Below, piece by piece: positions 23,440 to 28,000 of a stretch of 28,000 bases of DNA; within the stretch, counting starts at the first letter, position 1; each line of letters starts with the position of its first letter. The stretch covers positions 49,972,001 through 50,000,000 of the forward strand of contig CM114271.1 of the NCBI GenBank assembly GCA_050084515.1, in the 5' to 3' direction. Source of the DNA: Blasia pusilla (taxonomy: Eukaryota). A program made the translations under genes and the position numbers. The notes beneath the pieces were generated by a model. The model was not told where the DNA came from, made no database searches, and saw nothing but the letters and a program-made list of their open reading frames with translations.

Positions 23440-26400
23440 ATGGATAATTATGTTAAGCTCACTTGTGGCAGTCATCTGGCGGCCCTTCCTCAATCAGAAA
23501 TCATTCGACCCCAAGCTTGTGAGTCTTTCGTAGTAGTGGATGAAAATTTTCTGTCTGTTCGATTTCTTCTTCAAATTGGAACCATCTTTGTATCTAAAGA
23601 TGTTAGGGTGGAAGGTATGGAAGACAAAATAGGTGAGACGGTCCAGCCAGTGACCTCAGACCGTAAAGTATGGAATCTCCTACCTGTCGCAAATGGTCAA
23701 TACAGAGTTTACGGCCCCCTCGACTCGTCTGTTTCCCAAGTAGACGGTCTAGAATTTCCTAGTGCTCCGAGCTCTACGTTTGCAACTCCAAGCTCTGCAG
23801 ATCCGGCTTCGACACCAACTTCGCACACTCGTAACAATGTTGTTCTTCCTGAAGAGATTTCGGATGTTATCAACCTCAGCGGATCTGTCGGACACCAATC
23901 GGGCCCTGTGTCCGCCTACTCGTTCCTCTTTCGAGTATCGGCAATAGTTTGCTTTCGTCTCGCCTTGAAAATGTTCAAGCATATTCTTGTCGATTTAGCC
24001 GCCGCCACGCACGATGGTAATCGCATTTTTGAGTTGCCTCCACTTGCCGCTCCTGCTCAAAAGAAGGATGGAGGACGCTGAAGGGTATGGGAGAAAGTCC
24101 GATTGTCATCGATGGTGCAGCTTCAACGGACAAGTGCTTCCATCCCGAGATGGTCCTTGGATTGTCCCGCCGCCAATGCGTGGGAGCCTTGGAGTGTAGA
24201 AGTCCAGCATGCCCGTATCTAGAGCGCAACGGGCGAGTCAATACGTCGCAATTCCCCCAAGAATGCAGAAACTCCATACGAGGTGGGTGCCACAATACCG
24301 CCGGGAGGCCATCGATGTCCTCATTGTCGCATCGCCTCTGCGTTGGAGCGTGTCCGCATACATATTTTTCATTGTCCATGACTTGGGCTCCACGCCGAGT
24401 ATACAAGGTCGGGCAGTTCATGTTGGCTCCACACTCATCTTGTGACCGATGCAATTCAAAGACACATCAAGGAGGATTTGGCGAAGAAAGTAGCCGAGGT
24501 CTTGAAAACTCCGGGTTCAAAGCCCGGGTGATCAAGCTCACAACGGCATCACAAATTTTTGAACAATTGCTTGGAATCCTCGGATGGGCGAGATCACGGC
24601 GGTTGAGGAGAAACAACTGGGAAAATCTCGCATTTCTCGCTGATCCCGAATGCTTCCGAATTTGTCGCCGATACGAAGTTCGGATGGAAAGACGGCCGAA
24701 ATGGATGCCATCGCCAGAATCAAGGCCAACTCCAGATTTCCATTCATTCAGAGATGGCAGTTCATGGGCCAAGGAGGCGAGGGATCCAGGGCCTATGTCT
24801 TCAAAATGTCAACCACAGGTCCGTCGAGTGGCCTCGATCTTATAGATCGAATGAGGGAAGGGGAAGATCTTTACGGAGCCGGGTCAGCTTTGATATTTGC
24901 TACAGAGTGCTTGAACGGATGGTTGACGATGGGTGCTCACGTTTATGACCATGTGGAGAAGGGACTCAAAACTATATTTGTGTGTGAAGTAAAGGCAGAA
25001 GATGTTGGCAGTTTGAAGATGTGTTGGTTACTCTTATTGGAGGTGGTGAAGGAAAACAAAAGGCCACCTCCGAAAATTTATGGGTTCATGGCGGACAATG
25101 CACAACCTGGGTGGATTGCTATCCGGGAAGTGTTCTAGGGTGGAGAGGTTCAACCTGAGAGGGAAAGGTCGGATGCTTTCCATTGGCAATGATCAGTGAC
25201 CCGGTACACCAAATCTTGCATCAAGGAGAATAAGAGGACAGAGCATGTCACTCTACTCCAACGCTGCAAGGACAAAGAAACCTTGAAGCAGGCCATGGAC
25301 CGCCAGAAGAACTTCATGGGTGGTGGAGGAAGCATGCGATTGAGGGAAGTACAAAGAGTTGTGCTCTTGGTTGAGTTGGTGGATGTACGTATGAGACAAT
25401 GGGGAAACTTCATGCGGCAGGTGAGTTCACTATTTTGTCTTGTCAAGCTCACGCTGAGAATTGTTTGTAAAGTTGTAGCTCAGGGTGAGAAGCGTGGGAA
25501 TTATATGGATTTAAAACCCAAGAAACCAAGCAAGCTGTCGGATGCGACGGGTTGCCCGAGTGTGCAATCCGACGGAAACCGACGGGTTGCCCGAGTGTGC
25601 AACCCGACGGAAACCGACGGGTTGCATCCAGATGTTTGGTGTCATCCCGGGTGTGCAACCATTCGGGACCCGACGGGTCACAGAGTCGTTCATGGGATGC
25701 CTCGGCCTTGCAACCCGTCAGGTTCCGACGGGTTGCAGTAGGTGGGTTTAAGGTTACAACACGGCGGGACCCGACGGGTCGCAGAGTCGTTCATGGGATG
25801 CCTCGGGCCTGCAACTCATCTGGTTCCGACAGGTCGCTTATTTCTTTGAGTCCTGGGTTATTTTCGTTCCCTTCTAACATTTCCGTCGTTGCAGGGATTG
25901 AACGTTCATGAAAATGCCCTCTCCCCCACCACAAGTGGAGCAGAAAGTGTTCATTCCTCTTGGAGGTCGTCACAAGCATACCAACGAATTTCACTTGTGG
26001 AGGCATGCCAACAAGACCAGGCAAGAGCAATGCTACGATCTGCAAAGACATCCCATATCTTTCTCACAAAAGGCATAACAAAAGGAAAAGGGCCGTCGAT
26101 CTACGAGCTCTATGTCGTATGGCTTTGTGAGATCTCGGTGATGAAAAATTGTATGTCGAAGCCTTCAACGGTGCGTAGTGGAACTCCACTCGAGCAAGAC
26201 GTACACATTGGTGGGGATATTCGTGGGCGGGTTTCAAGACGCCCCATACAGATGGTGGTAGAGCATCCAAACGAGACTCGTGGAGACAAGATAAGTATCT
26301 TGACTTCAGCAGTGAAGAGGCAAAGCATCGAGGAACGAATCCGGTGATTGATTTGGATGAGGAAATTACACCGCCTAGGTATTCGGGGACCCCGGACCCG

Positions 26401-27408
26401 TCCCAAATCCGTAATGGAGTTACTTCTCCAAAATCAATGAATGTTTTATTTCAAAAGCCCTCCGTTGCTGGAAGTTCGCAACATCCTGTCACTCGGATGG
26501 TTCAACAATATGGGATTCCGGTAATGGAGGTGGATTGCAACCTAAAACGGTGGCATATATCTCGGAGCAACCCAAGAGGTGGACCCACCTGCAGGGCAGG
26601 ATCTGATGGCATTAGGAGAGCATGCGGCACTTTCCTAAATAAGAATCAGATAAGGATGGGCGACCACTCACCGCTCGGGTTTTGGGGACTCAAAACCTTC
26701 GATCGTTTCACGAGGACTGGGGATCAATTGAAGTACTTCTTCTGTCCAAATGAATCTTGCGCTTTCCGGAAGTCTTATCCGGCTGCCATTGGAGCTCCCG
26801 GGAATACCCCCACAATTTGGCCCATCGCCGCAGGCACGAACTGCACTCAAGACGAAGTGGACAATCTTACAAGTGCCGGTTTGGACTCGAGACGGGGAAG
26901 TTCGAGCATGTTCGTGACATGAGACCTTCGATTTCGTATTCAACCCAAGATTGATGTCAACATGTACCCGGAGAAGGTGGATGATCTCAATCCATTATTT
27001 CTGTTTGAGTCTAGAAATGGGGTGAAGAGAAACAGAATGTGTAGGCCAACGGTGGAGAGAGCAAAACGAATTGAAGCAGCTCGGGAGGCAAAAATGGAGA
27101 TCATCGCCACGAAAGATATCCAGAGTGGCAATGGAATAGGAAGGATGTATTGGGTCAGGAACAACACTGTAAATTCAAGTGTCATAGGGGTGTATGTGGT
27201 GCACATCTGTTGCTTTCCCACATGTTCATGTGATGACTTTGTCCAAAGAGAGACAAGTGGCAAAAGGTATTTCCCTTGTAAGCACATGTACTATGTGTTC
27301 TTTGGTAGTTTTAAGAGAGTCGGAGGTAGGAGTAGGAATCCACCAACCACCTCATCCCTCAAAGAAGTTCAAGTATTTAAAACAAACCACTTTGAGGATG
27401 CAAAATGA
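23440..27408 (+). pseudogene. MULE-like DDE transposase with N-terminal Cys cluster and C-terminal SWIM zinc finger (stops and frameshifts as assembled)
   Basis: CVGALECRSPACPYL; VFKMS..GP.SGLDL; VSFDICYRV (D1); GFMADNAQ (D2); RERSDAFHW (CxxH-equivalent). After intron 25421-25894 comes PTTSGAESVHSSW (E), a further Cys-rich block, and YVVHICCFPTCSCDDF...PCKHMYYV (SWIM CxC..CxH). In-frame stops at 25136 and 25190. Confidence 0.88.
25421..25894 (+). repeat. GT-AG intron of transposase containing palindrome cluster 5 (~7 copies) and a ~70-bp duplication
   Basis: CAG/GTGAGT donor, CTAAC branch site and TTGCAG acceptor; splicing joins WGNFMRQ to GLNVHE. Near-identical blocks at ~25664-25735 and ~25765-25836. 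Confidence 0.85.
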
Positions 27409-27754
27409 GGTTTTAGATTGTACTTTTTTTTTTTTTTTTTTTTCTCAACCTTCACTTGTGAGCTTGAACTCTATTCAGCCGGGGCAAATGATAGATTTTT
27501 CCAGACCTTGGATGGAAAAAGTGATTGGTTCCACACTTATGATTCCACTGATTTTTCAGTTTTGTAAATTTTGTGCAATTTGCAACTCGTCAGACTCACA
27601 GGGGTTGCCAAAATATGGAAGAGGAAAAAAAAATTGTGGGATTGTTTAATAAATGAACAAAAAAGTGCAAAAAAATTCACACAAAAAGTTTCCTCTCTTC
27701 AACCCAACGGAAACTCTCTTCAAAAAAAAGTATCTATTTCGGTTGAAGGTAGTT

Positions 27755-27828
27755 TCCTCTCTCCTCTCTCCTCTCTTCCTCTCTCCTCTCTCCTCTCTTC
27801 CTCTCTTCCTCTCCTCTTACCGCACCTC
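27755..27828 (-). repeat. Right degenerate terminal inverted repeat (CT-rich, CTCTCTC/CTCTCTTC units)
   Basis: Pyrimidine tract ending CTCCTCTTACCGCACCTC directly before the TSD; complementary in character to 15316-15368. Confidence 0.65.
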
Positions 27829-27837
27829 TTTGATGAT
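27829..27837 (+). repeat. 9-bp target-site duplication, right copy (TTTGATGAT)
   Basis: Identical to 15307-15315. Confidence 0.95.
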
Positions 27838-28000
27838 CACCACTCAGGGATACCCGTGGCCTGGGTTCTCACATCTAGTGCAAAGGAAGTGTATTTGGGA
27901 AAGTGGTGAAAGCTATCTTGGATAAATGTAGAGTCATCCAACCAAATTGGGAACCAAATGCGATCATTGTTGACGACACTTTGGCAAAGCACAATGCATT
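27838..28000 (+). pseudogene. Host MULE transposase, continuation after the insertion (runs off the window)
   Basis: HHSGIPVAWVLTSSAKEVYLGKW, then after a 1-nt frameshift KAILDKCRVIQPNWEPNAIIVDDTLAKHNA (second catalytic Asp region). Confidence 0.88.

Larger units (their letters stand above)
15316..27828. mobile_element. 12.5-kb Mutator-like (MULE) DNA transposon with divergent transposase and ParB-methyltransferase-like cargo gene
   Basis: 9-bp TSD; G...C termini with degenerate GA-rich/CT-rich inverted ends; internal DDE+SWIM transposase; precisely interrupts another transposase reading frame. Confidence 0.9.

Noticed and set aside
16490-27410. A separate inner element nested inside the 12.5-kb insert
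   Set aside because: No second TSD or terminal pair was found, and a decayed 27-mer lies near the right terminus. A composite left arm cannot be fully excluded.

Overview
Eukaryotic, transposon-dense DNA with GT-AG introns and TATA boxes. A non-seed land plant is likely, but that is my inference from protein-family resemblance. The left half holds a decayed Ty3/gypsy RNaseH-integrase remnant (~1.2-2.4 kb), a solo LTR with a 5-bp target-site duplication (TSD; 9193-10197), a decayed BED-finger gene and an exact 21-bp-period array. It then enters a MULE/SWIM-family transposase gene that is split by a 12.5-kb insertion (15316-27828) with a 9-bp TSD (TTTGATGAT). That insert is the main object: a Mutator-like element with two divergent, spliced genes. 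One is a DDE transposase ending in a SWIM finger (+, 23440-27408). The other is a large cargo gene (-, ~22343-17030) that appears to fuse a ParB/Srx-like domain (DGNH[R] motif) to a bacterial-type beta-class N4C/N6A DNA-methyltransferase-like domain. Roughly 40 copies (counted by eye) of a 27-bp CpG-rich palindrome, GCAACCCGTCGGASTCCGACGGGTTGC, fill the element's three large introns, its bidirectional promoter and its 3' flanks, but not its exons. In one intron the copies are helically phased and form a ~660-bp foldback. All domain calls are by-eye motif recognition across frameshifts; no searches were run.
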